Positions 24,006 through 40,973 of a DNA stretch of 64,000 nucleotides are shown piece after piece. Source of the DNA: Kondoa subrosea (lineage: Eukaryota); assembly GCA_039545335.1 (NCBI GenBank), contig BCIN01000005.1:496001-560000 (forward strand), in the 5' to 3' direction. The notes beneath the pieces were generated by a model. The model did not search any database. It was not told where the DNA came from and worked only from the letters and a program-made list of their open reading frames with translations. Within the stretch, counting starts at the first letter, position 1. Every line of letters begins with the position of its first letter. Both the position numbers and the translations under genes were made by a program.

Positions 24006-25991
24006 TCAGACATTTCCCTTCCGCAAATCCACAACTTCGAAAGGCAGTTTTCTAGTCCGCACATGACCCTTGTCTCCGTCAGCATCGGTGTATAACGGTA
24101 TAGGCGGATGAGGATGAACTACGCAAGCTCAGCACGCGTCCGTAAACAAGAATGAATCACTTACAACCTCTTTCGTGGCAATTAGTTATTGCATCCAGCC
24201 CAGGAGGATTGGTCAATCGAAAGATACCGACATGTGGTTCTTGCGAAGGCGAGCAGACAATCGCAATGCCTTCTCTGAGACTCAATTGACTGTCCAAAAA
24301 CAGTCAGCTGTCGTTCATATCATTAGAGGTAGCCTACTAGCCACAATGCGTATGCAGATCGATTGAAGACAGAAAGCACTGATCATACATAAGTGATGTC
24401 TCTGTAGTCCAATCATAGAGACTCACACTCTGAGTTGGATGAGTATGAATCCAACCAACAGTCAGGAGATTCCTCGAATCTTGATACTGCTTCATCCCAT
24501 CAGCTGCATCAGTCTTCACGTTCGAACGAACAACATACATCAAAAATCAATTCTTCTCCCACCATTTCACAAGTATCCGAAGATCCCTTTTGCTGAGGTA
24601 TCAACAGGGTAGTAATCTCAAATTTGTTCAACCTCAATTTGCCCAGCAGTAGTCCACAAGTCTCGATTTTTCGGTCTGTATTCGATAATGCCAAAGCGAC
24701 GAAAGAGTCTATAAGTTCAGAAGGTAGGAAGACATGTCGTAGAGGAATTCCATCTTCCGTTATAGCTATCTTATATTATCAAACAAAGCTCGGATAAATT
24801 GAAGAAGAAGGAATGCACGTAAATCATTAGCGGAGACAGCTAAAGCATCTATCTTCTCCGGTCGTACGGGCAAAGAAGGTCTGGAAGGAACAGGTAGACC
24901 ATCATAACGAGGTTGAGGAGGAAGAACAGGTTGGTAGACTGGTATATCATGCGCAGGCTTGAGAACAGGATATTGAAAAGCAGGTCTGATCTTTGAAGGT
25001 GTATAGCCCTGTTCTGATTGGTGTACCGAATCTAATATCGAAGGCCTCTTATTCAGATCTGCTGAATAAGGTTTCCAATCTGAAAAGTCATTGGCAAGTA
25101 GAGTAGCGATAGCTTGAGTATCTCGTTCATCTGTTTGAGATGGACGAGAAGCGAAGAAATGTAGACCAGATTGCGTTCGCTGAATAGCTGATGGTGGAAT
25201 ATAAGCGATCGCTTTGTCTACAGCTGGTTGAAGTCGTTCTGGTATATGCCCTCGAATTCGTGGTGAAATGAGGCCGGCCTGTAAAGCCGGCAGAATTGGT
25301 GTAGTTCTTCCAGATGCACTGGAAGAGGAAGGTCGTTCAGCTTCAGACTTTGCCCATTCTGCATGGTTCCGGTTTAGTATAGGTTTGATCTCTTCCATCA
25401 GGGTTACGATGTCCTTCGCTCTCTGCCGCGGGTGCGATGAGCAAGGTTGCTTTGGAAGAGAAAGCACATACCTTCTTGTTCGCAGATTTTCGTCCGTGTG
25501 ATATCGTGAAGTACATCGGATGAGTAGGTATTAGCTCTATAGATAATCTTGAAGCTCATCAGAGCTCGTTTCGAGTATTGTACTCTAGCTCACTTTGCGG
25601 CCTGCACTTGGCTGATGGAGTAAGCTGATAACAGCATATGACTATCTAGCGAAGCACCTTTGACAAGCAGACCCATGTCCTACACGCTTTGAGATCAGAT
25701 CTTGAGAACAGCCTGATACAACATACGTCTGCAGATCATCCTCTCGCTTGTAAACCACTGCTTGTTGATACAGACTCTCAGCAGCTCTCATATAACCAGT
25801 ACAGCTATGTCGAGAAGGGTGCCATGGTACAGTAGAATACTGGTCCAACTCTGGCCCACATCTGAGCTAAAGCCGAACGCATCATTGCGACGGCGGACCT
25901 GAATAGAGATGAGTTCAATACAGAGGAAGATGAGATTCAGCGCGCCTTGAATGGACAGAGGCCGATCAGACAATATGGTATTGCTTTGCAT
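24006..25991 (-). CDS. AMSH/STAMBP-like JAMM deubiquitinase
   Basis: [36 protein letters not shown]...[11 protein letters not shown] (JAMM motif); ends [11 protein letters not shown]. Confidence 0.9.
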
Positions 25992-26238
25992 GTTGTTACA
26001 GCAATGTAGCGGGCAGAAAGAGCTGTGTGTAGAAGCCAAATAGCATATACAGAGAGCAATGGGTATGCTGAAAGCTCAGGTATCTAGGTGAGTGAACCAC
26101 TGCTCAAACCAACATGGCAGTGTCGAAACAACACCATAGTAACGAAATTGTGCAGTGACAGTTTCGTGAACCGAGGCAAAGTGAGGTACTTAGTAGCTAA
26201 AGACAAGCTTCTTTTGAATATACACAGTCCTGCCACCG

Positions 26239-27381
26239 CTATACAGTCGTGCCGTTTGCGAACGTGACCTTGATTTCTATACCTTTAGCCATCTCGAATC
26301 CGTTAAGCGCAGTCTTTGCCTCTGCCGCTTGCGCCCAACTATTGCAATGAGTCAGAAAGCACTCAACGCAAGTATGTTAGGTCTCACCTATCGTAAACAA
26401 TGTTCGCCGTGCCTTTTGCTGATTGATAACGCAGAGTGGAATAGCCTTGAAACTGCTGGAACAGCACTGCGAGCATATCATCTGTTGCTTCCTATATAAA
26501 ACCAGTCAGAGATCAGCCCTGTCTGCGAGCGACTCGGAGGGATTTGCATACCGCAGGCAAGTTCTCGACTAGTAATATATGATGTGGAATTTCTTGCGGC
26601 ATGGAAGCTTGCTGAGTAGCTGCTGCAGTAGCTGGTGCAGGTCCTTCTTCATCTGATTCCACTTCCATTTCGGCTGTCATTTCATACTGTCAGTATACGA
26701 ACCCAAAATCGACCTCCGAAAGTAATGCTGACCTTCTTCATCCACCCTTACTTTCTTCGCAGGTCCAGCCTCATCATCACTATCTACTTCATGCTCACGC
26801 TTATCACCAGCTTTTTTGGCTGCTTTGTCTGCATCGAGGTTTGCCTTTTCTGCTCCAGAGACTACAAGTTTCGGTGTTTTGGCTTCATGAATACCCATTT
26901 TGATTAGGTATAGTGCTTCAGGTCCTTCTTCTTCTTTGATGACAGCGTGAGATTTGGATTTAGCATACGATATTCTCTGTTCGTCGTAATCATCCTCAGA
27001 TCAGTTTCATACTGGTGACAGCAACTCTTGACGAACCATAGCTTTCCCCAAGAATGCAGTCCCATCCTCTTTCCTTCTCGCAGCAGTAGCACTTTGTAAA
27101 TCTTTAAAGACAATGAAAGCCTGACCACCCATTCCAGGCGCTCGAGTAGCAACGACGTCCAGGACTTTGCCATGAGCAGAGAAGAGTTGATAGAGTAACC
27201 GACGTAGGTCTGCTCAGTGTTAGTCCTGACAGGTTTAGGACAGAGTTGTTGCAACTTGCCTTCTTTTTTGATCTGCAGGTTGTATAGCCTTGAGCTCGAC
27301 GATCAAAGCCCAGGAGCAACACCAGCTCACCTTGTCGCCTAAATTCTGCACATATAGGGTTTGATTAGGTTGAATAGACAT
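26239..27381 (-). CDS. U1A/U2B'' family snRNP protein (two RRMs)
   Basis: MSIQPNQTLYVQNL...LYQLFSAHGKVLDVVATRAPGMGGQAFIVF...RISYAKSKS; second RRM HILLVENLP...LAVLFQQFQG...ALNGF. Confidence 0.88.
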
Positions 27382-27669
27382 GGTATCGGTCGTTGGAAGC
27401 AAGCAGCGATATTTCTTAGACTACGACGAGCGCGCAGCGCGGAGCGGCGACCATCTGAGAGAGATTACAGAATAGTGGAAGGCGCTATGACTGCACACAG
27501 ATTGCTTCGATGTACATCTCATCAAATGAAGCAAGTGAAGCCAGATCATGGACACCAAGCCTAACTTCTCAATTTCCCTCGTCTTTTCTTATGCTCCTTA
27601 GCTTCCGCTCTGACTATCCGTCCTAGAACTTTGGTGAAAGGAGTTCGGACAGAAGCGTCAACAAGTTCC

Positions 27670-28355
27670 TTACGGTGTCAAGTCTTTGTAGAAGAAAGCT
27701 TCATCTTTGAACTGCCCATTTTTCGGCGAGATAGAATAGTTCGGTACAATGCCCAACTATTGAAAGGCCTTGTAAGTATTTCGAAAGCAAAGAGAAAATG
27801 GGAAAGACTTACCTTCTGATAACCTAACTTTGGGTATACAGATTCTGCTGGACTACCAACTTCCGTATCCAAAGCTAAGGAAGTAACATCTCTTGCCAGA
27901 GCTTCTTCTTCCAGTCTTTGCATAAGAGACTTTGCCAATCCCCTGACATCTGCATCAGTCTCTGTCTTTATCGAAGTGTTTGGCTACTCACTTCCGCCTA
28001 TGGTCAGGAGAGACGAACAACGACTGCACTATACCGCGATGTGGACCAGTTTCCGCCCGTGGGTAATATAGAGTGACGACAGCCATAACTTCTTGCTCCT
28101 CATTCTTTGCCAACAGTATGAACCGGTTTTTTGGTATCTGAGTAACTCTGTCGAGCCAAAAGTTCATCACTTTGAGCATATCAAGAGGAGGTAAGAAAGT
28201 TGCAATAGTGTGACTGCGCCGCGGTGTAAGAGACTTTACTGTGGAAATATTATAGCAGCTCACTCTGTCATTATCACGTCCATGTGCACTTTCGCAATAC
28301 CAGCGACCAAAGATGAGTGCTCTGCAGGATTGTAGAGAATAATAGAATTGGCCAT
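27670..28355 (-). CDS. GNAT acetyltransferase (TTR-like), paralogue A
   Basis: IATFLPPL, ETGPHRGIVQSLFVSPDHRRK|GLAKSLMQRLEEEA...LDTEVGSPAESVYPKLGY. Confidence 0.85.
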
Positions 28356-28720
28356 ATTGGCGAAATTTGGATTCAGATACCCAGCAAGAGTCTACAGAAA
28401 AGCTTTGAAGTGTGAAGATATGTCACAGGCGACTGAAGCGAAGCAAAGAAGGCACACGGGATAAGAGCTGGTTTAGAAGAGATGCAGAGAAGTTTACTAC
28501 TTCCGGAATTCGTCAGGCTGGTTGTAAAGGGTCACCGCTTTGACGATTCAGCAATCGCGGAAGCGACTGATAAGTCAAAATCAGCGATGTAGACAATCAG
28601 ATGGTTCACTGTCGATCTGATGAATGGGACTTCGTTATCAAATCTGGCTTACTAAGCGAGAACAACATGTGCACAGGTTCTTAGTATAGTCACGCCTCAT
28701 GATCTATACTTGTATCTCAT

Positions 28721-29569
28721 CTACGCCGTTATATGACCAGGCAAGTGCTTGTAATAAAAGACCAATGACAAAGGCTTTCCATCTCTTGGCGAAACCAGAC
28801 AATCGGGAAGCACTCCAATCTGACATCGACTGTCAGTCTTGAGATGCCCAGGAGTATTAGAACTGACCTTTGTATAGCCTGATCTTTCATAAAGCTTGAT
28901 CACAGGATTTCCGAGCATAGTTTCGAGTAGCTGTGCGAGATTCGCTGAACGTTCAGTGACTACGATCTGATTTAAGTACCAGCAGACGGACCAAGCAAGT
29001 CTTCCCTATCTTTTGAGCTTCCTCTTCGAGTTTTCGTAGTAATTCCGTAGCCAAACCCCTTCGCATCGAAGTCAATTATGATTGCAAAGACATCGACGAG
29101 CTTACTTGAGTCTGTGCTCTCTGGACACGAGTAACTTCTCTAGATCGCCTATCATGAATTCGCTTGGGCTTAAGAATATGGCATGAGAGAAGACAGGTCT
29201 GACCTTTGTGTGGTGTAGTTTCTCCTCCCCAGCCTAGCATAATGACACCTGTTGCTTCGCTTATTGCTTCATTCGTAGTGATGACGATCAGTCTCCGCCC
29301 CTTTCTAACCTAATTGAAATGAGAGATAGCCAAGACAAGCAATGCCTTAGTAACTCACTTCCTCTACTTGCTCTTTCCACCACATCATCATCTTATCTTC
29401 CTTCAATGGCGGAACGAACTTGGCTGTTGTGTGACTATTCCCGTTTTTTAGCAGATTCCTCTTTCCTATAGAAGCGGAAGCGGAACTCGTAGAGAATGCA
29501 ATCCATATGTATCTTGAGCAAAGAAGGCAGCAAATGCTCATGCCTCGTTGGATCGTACAAGATGGCCAT
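28721..29569 (-). CDS. GNAT acetyltransferase (TTR-like), paralogue B
   Basis: MAILYDPTRHEHLLPSLLKIHMDCI...AKFVPPL...DLEKLLVSREHRLK|GLATELLRKLEEEA...IKLYERSGY...ends LVFYYKHLPGHITA*. Confidence 0.8.
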
Positions 29570-29854
29570 AGTAAGCAGAAGAAAGCTGGTCGGCAGAAGT
29601 GCTCGGAGCAAAGGAATTGGCAAGATGTAATATCACCGCACAGACAGATCCGCGCAGCAGACGCTTGTGAATAGGCTGTGTTGCGGCACTGGATGTGCGA
29701 AGAACGTAGACGAGATTTTTGCTGACTGTTGTCGGCACAAAAGTCCAGAAGACGAAGGAAGAAGATGAAAGCTCCTTGTATGTATTGGCTACGCTCGTGT
29801 GGGCACTGTGTTGTGAGACAGTCTGGTCATATATACTTTTGAGCAACGCCAGTG

Positions 29855-30742
29855 CTATCTGTACAGCTTTGGTCAGAGCCCGGCTGTGTTTAAGAACAGA
29901 GACATACCGAGATAGATCCTTTGAGAAATATATCAAAGACTGCTTAGAACGATCCTTCGGACTGATGCAGCAATTCTCAAGCGTCCCAAGCTATTCATTT
30001 GATCTCTCAGTCGTCCATTGTGGAATCAATGAAGTAGATCTCCAACCTTTTGATATCCAAGTCGCGGATAGACAGACTCAGCAGGACTCCCTTTGACAGT
30101 ATCGAGCATCTGTACAGTTGATCATCAGAATCTGAACACGGAAACGTACAGTGCACTCACCAAACAAGTTGTTCCGATTTTGAAGCTTTCCTCTTCGAGT
30201 TTCTGCAGCAAGAGCTTTGCAAGACCTCTTACAGTACAAGATCAGTTATTAATGCACAACATACAGGAATACTTGACCTACTTCCGCCTATGATTTGGAG
30301 AAACGAGCAGTTTCGATATTTCTCCAGCAAAAGGCATCGTTTCACCCGAAAACATGCTCAAGATCACTATACCTGTAGCTTCTGATTGATCTTCCGTAGC
30401 AGTGAAGAAGATCATGCGAGTCTTCTCTTCTACCTATTAGCCAAATGAGCAAGAAGAGATGCTATACGAGTACAGACTTACCTCCTTCGCTTGTCTCTCC
30501 CACCATTCGATCATCTTCTGCCTATTCAATGGCGGTAGGAAGGTTGCGATAGTATGACTAGAGGTAAAATCAACTTTAATAACGTAGGTACAAGAGCAAG
30601 TCGCTTCACTCTTGCATTATACAATCCATATGAATTTGGGCAACTGGAGTCGTGATTAGACGCGTACAGGCCAAGCAGAAGAAGAGAACAAACTCGAAGG
30701 TATCAATTGCGCGTGCACAGTAGGTTCGAAGACCTGGGCCAT
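29855..30742 (-). CDS. GNAT acetyltransferase (TTR-like), paralogue C
   Basis: MAQVFEPTVHAQLIPS|LPKIHMDCI...IATFLPPL...GEISKLLVSPNHRRK|GLAKLLLQKLEEES...CISPKD; the 3' end depends on a predicted last intron. Confidence 0.8.
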
Positions 30743-31022
30743 CGCGAGGTAATTAAACACCAAAGATGGGCAAAGTAATGTGAAAGAAGTCGTGAAGTGA
30801 TCACAGTCGACAGTAATATAAAGTGTGCACTGTGTGCGTCTCAATTTCTCAAATGCAACAGCAGCAGAAGGTACCCAAATCAGCGTCTGGGACAGACAGC
30901 ACCGTCGCTACAGACATAGGTCGAATACTGTTAGTCTCGGCTCTCTGTGCGCATTCAGCCCAATATAATGTATTCGTCTGATATCATTCATGTGATGGGT
31001 ATACCCTTAGCAATCCTTCGCC

Positions 31023-32435
31023 CTATGACTTCCCTTCCAACCTATTAACTCCTTGAGCGACTTTCTGAATCCTTTCTCTCAGACTATCCAAGTTGCCTTG
31101 CATCACTTGACCATTCTCTTCTAAACCCTTTTCAACTCTTCCTAGTACTTCTTTCACTCCTTCAGCTAATTCAGTCAACCGTTTCGTTCTCCCAACTAAA
31201 CCATTCAAATCACTTTCAAACATGCCTGCGCTGGAATGTAAGCTGCTGAGACTTTTGAGTCGTAAGAGAACAGCAGGAGCTAATGGTAGTAATGGTTGTA
31301 AACGAGGTAAGATATGAAAAAGTTGAGTGAGTCGATTAGCTATATCTGGTGGTAATTCTTCTCCGCTAGAGGAGGTCGGAAATCCTTCTTGAGTGGAAGA
31401 AGAAGAAGAAGTGACGACGTTGATTCCTGATGTTAAAGCGATTCGTAATGGTCTTGTATCACCCAATTGTCGACGAGTTTCATGCAGTCGGTCTAGATCG
31501 GATACGAGCAATTTGACACGTCGAGATAGAGTATCCAAATGCCGTGGTTGTGTTAAGAGGGAGAGTTGGGTTTCTAGTTTAGATATTGAGGTTAAAAGAG
31601 GTGTTGTGCTGGACTCATTGAGTGAAGAAGTAGGACCAAGTAATGATTCCAAGGTGGACAATTGAGAAGAGAGTTCAGCAACGGAAGAAGGCTTGTCTGA
31701 TGTAAGATTAGAAGAAGGTAGAGAAGGTGTAGGGGTAGACGAAAGAACGGTTTCAGTAGGCTGTTTCTGCGTTGCTACTTCTGACAATCGAGATAAATCG
31801 CCTTTAAGTAATTTCAGTTGGTTCAATAATGCTGCAGGAGGTGGATTTGCTTCGTTCTCTGCTTTTGGTTTGCTTGTACTCGCTTCCAAATCCATTTCCA
31901 CTTCATCTAATTCATAGCGCAGACGCCGCAGTCGCGCCAAAGGTGTCTCGACTACATCTTGCGAAGATGTTGATGCTTTGGAAGTAGAATAGCCTCGAGG
32001 CAAGATCTCATAGATTGAGGTTTCTGGTAAGAGTGTGGGATATTGCTGGGCAGTCTTTCGTTTCGTCAATGAAGTCGAGAAGTCTACAATTCTATCTTAG
32101 CATTAAGACGCCATCTAAACAGCAACAACAGACCTGCACCATTCAGTCTACTGCCTTTGAATTTGGACCTAGCAGATGTCGCATCCAATTGTTCAGAGAT
32201 TACGTCTGTTGACAGCGCTTGATTGGCTTTGTTGTTCTTGCTCGACAGACCGGGATACTCGGAGTCAGAGTCTGAATCATAGTCATGGCTTGAAGAAGCA
32301 GGCAAGTCTGGCGTTTCGTAAATATCAGGCGCAGTGTCCTGCGAAAGCAAGTTGCTTCAGCTTCTGAGGTACAAGACTTTGCACAACAGGAGAGCTTACG
32401 ATGTCTGGCAGCAGGCCGATGTATTTGCTGCTCAT
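31023..32435 (-). CDS. Dynamitin (dynactin subunit p50/DCTN2)
   Basis: MSSKYIGLLPDI|DTAPDIYETPDL; ETPLARLRRLRYELDEVE; LLRLKSLSSLHSSA; coiled-coil C-terminus. Confidence 0.85.
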
Positions 32436-32541
32436 GACTGTTGCGAACAGAACAAAACGAATCACATCACATCTTGTCCCGAGACCATGATATCAGACTG
32501 CTAGCTATACCCTATCACATCCCACTGTGTGCTCTCGATCT

Positions 32542-35570
<3,029 letters not shown>

Positions 35571-35731
35571 AAGAACGAATTGAAGAGCACATGTAGATAT
35601 AGATGCGAGAAGCTATTTAAGAGCATCGGTGGCAAGTCAGAATGAAACCCATACATTCGAATTGCATGAGGACACATCAGGACCGAGAACTTCTATATAT
35701 GAAAACCCATACGTCATATCTAGAGAGACAT

Positions 35732-36879
<1,148 letters not shown>

Positions 36880-37012
36880 ATTGAAGTGTCAATGGTTTCG
36901 AAGCAACCTCGCATTGACCATTATTCTTTAACAGCAACGTATGTAGATGGACGCAACTTTCACGTTATTATTAGTGCGAGTACAAGACTATATACAACCC
37001 TATTGAGTGGTC

Positions 37013-39762
37013 CTACCAATCTTCGTCATCTTCTTCCTCTTCTTCATCGCTATCTGCCATAGCACCTTTCCGTTGACTGAGAGCAGCAGCAAGTGTAGCC
37101 GCCAGATCTCCCTGTGGTGCATCACTAGTGGCAGCTACACCGGCTGCGCCTGCTCCTATTGCTGCACCAGCTCCTAGAGCCATAGGTGTAGCACTTCGAT
37201 TTCCGCCGTCCGGGTCGGTCTGTACAAAGGCAACAAGTCCCAGTGAGCAGAAGCTTACATGGACGTATGTGTCGTTCGCACCTTCTTGAGTTTGTGTATT
37301 CCAGCTCCTTGAATACTGGCTAATAGATTCATTCGACCAGCATCAGGTGCAGGCAATCCAGCTGGTGGAGGCGGAGGCGCTGAAACGCTGCTATTAGCAT
37401 ACTGGAGCGAAAGATGAGAAAGTACGCACGAGCAGGTGGACCATTGCCCATTGCTGGTGCTGAACAGAGAATGAGCGATGTTTCCTTCGAAAATTAGAGT
37501 GTAAACTCACGAGGTGGAGGTGGCACACGAGCTCCTCGCGATGCTATCAAAATATCAGCAGAAGGATTACGAACAGAGATGAGGAGCATACGAGGCGGCG
37601 GAGGTGGTGCTAAGCAATAATTAGTTAAGACTCAGTAACACGAGAAATGACACACCTCCTGGACCACGAGCTGGAGGTGCTGTATTATGCTTGAGTAAAG
37701 GATACTTGCCAAAGCAAATAGAACTCACGAGGCGGTGGAGCTGTAAATTCTCCGGAATCTCAACTACTATTCGAAACTAGTTACAAGACTCGGAACTTAC
37801 GTGGTGCAATCGTTGATCCAGGCCGCATCGGTGCTGTATACGACATTCAGGACCGTTCCTATGAGAAGCAGGGGACCAGACGTACGCGGTGCTGTCAAAT
37901 ATCCACGACTTAAGCAAAACACATTGCGCAAGAAGATGAGTACTGACGTGGCACAGTTCCATTTGGACGCATGGGTGGTGCTGTACGTAATGCAGCAGGT
38001 ATCAGACGAAGATGTCATTGATTCGCACGCAAACGTACGCGGAGCTGTAACACAACGATCAGTCAATTGAGACTATAGTGCCAAACTCGGAAAAACTTAC
38101 GAGCAGCAGGTCCATTACGCATCGGCGGAGCTGTAATCCAAATGGACCGAAAATCAATGTGGAACTTGATCAGTGCGATTTGGCTTACGTGGAGGCGCTG
38201 TACATGCAAGATGAGACAGTCTTTTGACTGATAACGAGGAGGGACTTACGAGCAGGAGCACCAGATCTGGCAGCTGTGAGTCAATGAGGCCAGAATCAGT
38301 CGGAAACTGGACTTTGGCTCTCCCAGACTCACGCGGAGGTGCTGCAAAGAGACATAGATCAATCTTTCAGCATTAGTTGCAGCCGAAACTCAGACTTACG
38401 AGGACCAGATCCATTAGATATAGATGTCGAAGCAGGTCTTCTATTAGGTGGAGCTGTTTCCCAAAATCATGAGCCTCGTATCAAGTGGGTATTGTGACAT
38501 GCTTACGAGGAGCTAGCGCACTAGCCGATGGTACTGAATCGGGTCTTCTATTCGGTGGAGCTGTGCCAGATGGTCATCTTCCAGCTAATGACAATAGCAA
38601 AAGGATCCGATATCACGCACGAGGAGGAGCTTTCCGTTTCACTGTCGAGCTTCTAGCATTAGGCGGCGGTGGTGGTGGTGGACCAAGTCTACTGGAAGGA
38701 GGTGGTGAACTTTGAGCTATAGCCGGAGGCAAACGCGAAGTAGGTCGAGGTGGTGGAGGTGGTTGTGGGATATCTTCTGGAGGTGGTTGTGCATCCGGAC
38801 CTCCTGCTGAAGCTATGAATTCTTTGATGAAGCTTTCGTTCTCTTTGATTTGGGACTGTCAAACATCGATTGGGTTGATCAGCTAAAGGCTAAATCCCGA
38901 ATCGCAATGCTGACCTCGCTGATGCCCATGCTAGAAAGCTGTGATAGCAAACGTTCCCAACTTGGATCAATGTTTTCGGTAGTGAAGCCTTTCTCAGCAT
39001 CGAAACCCATATGAGCGACTCTTCTAAATTCAGCAGGCGCGCCAATCGCTTCTTTGCCAACTAGACGTTTCTTGATGCCTGCGAATCTTCTTGGTGAGCC
39101 GTTACCAGCTTTTTGTGAAGCTTCGGTCTTCTTGGCTGTAAGATACCCAGATGTTTCTAACCTTGAGTAAGGTAAGAAGCAAAAGTACTTACGAGCATGT
39201 TTTGCTCTGTTGATGACTTTCTTGTAGAAAGCTGCAGCTTCTGATTCTTCAGCAAAGACGAAACCAATCATGCATTCCTGTAGGAGATTTCTGAACGGCT
39301 AAGCTTCTGTAAAGCATGACCTAAGAACTACCTACGTCCCCGGCGAAAGAATGAAAGAAAGTCCGATCTTGGTGATACACTAGATCTTCATATAGTTCAT
39401 GTTCCCATATAACGCCTCGAGAGCCCTGTAGAGCATCTGAGCGACAAAAACATCGAAATGTTCAAGACCACAAAGCTGCTTACCGATATATCGACAAGCT
39501 TGAACCAGAAACCTCCAGATCCTCTTGATGTATTACCGAATACTAGAGCACCTTCCATGCCCGTCCAACTCCAATGACCTGGATCAGGCGAAGCATAATA
39601 AACTCTTGCTATTGCACCGCTCAAGATCTGTAGATTCAACCCATACTCCCCATGAGATGATACTCATAGAGCAAGGCGACAACACACCTTGTCTGTTGAA
39701 GAACTAGCATGCTTCTTGATTTGAGATTTCTCGGACGCAGTGATACTGCTCGAAGGAGGCAT
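37013..39762 (-). CDS. WASP-family actin nucleation factor (WH1-CRIB-polyPro-WH2-acidic)
   Basis: WH1 (AIARVYYASPDPGHWSWTGMEGALVF...GFVFAEESEAAAFYKKV), CRIB (IGAPAEFRRVAHMGFD), WH2 (GRMNLLASIQGAGIHKLKK), acidic end EEEEDDEDW*. Confidence 0.92.
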
Positions 39763-40112
39763 TGGTTGAGCGACGAATGACTATAGGCGTTAGTTAGAGT
39801 CGAGGGTAGTTGTTAGAATAGCAAGTATAGGCCAGCAGAAGTTAGGCAAACAAAGCGAGGCGAAGCAGCTCAGTTCTGGCGGAACAAAGTAAATACGACC
39901 CAAGATAGGACCCAACGGACCAGTCTAGACACGACTGAGGTAGTCCACGAGTCTGAAAGAGCGAAAGCAGTCGGCTGCGCAAGAAAGAAAGATATACTAG
40001 GCTTCTCCTCGGTCAGCCAAGTCTCATACGGAAGCCAGTCTAGCTCCTGTAGTAGCCTCACCTCCCTCTCAAGCTCTAATACAGCCCAACCAGGCTGCTG
40101 TAAAGACAAAGC

Positions 40113-40973
40113 ATGCCTCCCCTACCTAAACGAATTCTGCAAGTGGTCATTGTTTCACTTTATCTGGCTCCTTAGTACTCATACGTGAGATCTATCTCTC
40201 GGAAACAGTAAAGAGACAGAAAGACTTGTATCTGATGCACCTCCTGGCATTTCTGCTTCTCCTCATGACGGTCCGTTCAAGGGCGCTATTCCCTTTAAAG
40301 TCATTGTAGGCCTGATACTTGGACTCGATTCAGATAACTTGCGATACTTTGATGTAGTCATGTCCGGTCCTTCTGGGTCTCCGTACGAATGTAAGTGATC
40401 CGCCTGCGAATAAAGCTTCGGCTTATAGCGTCGGTGGGTCAATTACAGCTGGACTGTTCAAGCTAGAGGTAACGTCTTTCTCTTTGACCTCTGCATTTGG
40501 ATCTTATGTACTTGAGTAGCTCTTCTTACCCGAACCATATCCAATGGAACCTCCGAAAGTTCGCTTCCTAACCAAAATCGTGAGTCCAGGCTATCGAAAG
40601 ATCTATTGGATCTTTTCTTGAAGACCGCATACTCGCAGTATCATCCTAATATCGATAAGCTTGGTCGAATCTGTCTCGATATCCTCAAAGGTGAGCCATG
40701 GTTCCAGACATCAGTATGTGCTGATGTCAGGATCTAATGAATCACAGATAAATGGTCACCTGCTTTACAAATCAGAACGGTTCTCTTATCTATCCAAGCA
40801 CTCTTATCAGCGCCAAACCCTGTAAACCTTCTTTCTAAGTTTGCACGAGAATGAAGCTGATCTGCATCACGCAGGACGACCCGCTCGCTAACGATGTAGC
40901 TAACCACTGGAAAGAGAACGAGCAAGACGCGATGCGAGTAGCCAAACAATGGACGATGCAGTATGCAAATTGA
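40113..40973 (+). CDS. UBC13: Ubiquitin-conjugating enzyme E2 Ubc13
   Basis: Spliced [15 protein letters not shown]...DNLRYF...[61 protein letters not shown]; first intron 40139-40208 is GC-AG. Confidence 0.95.
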
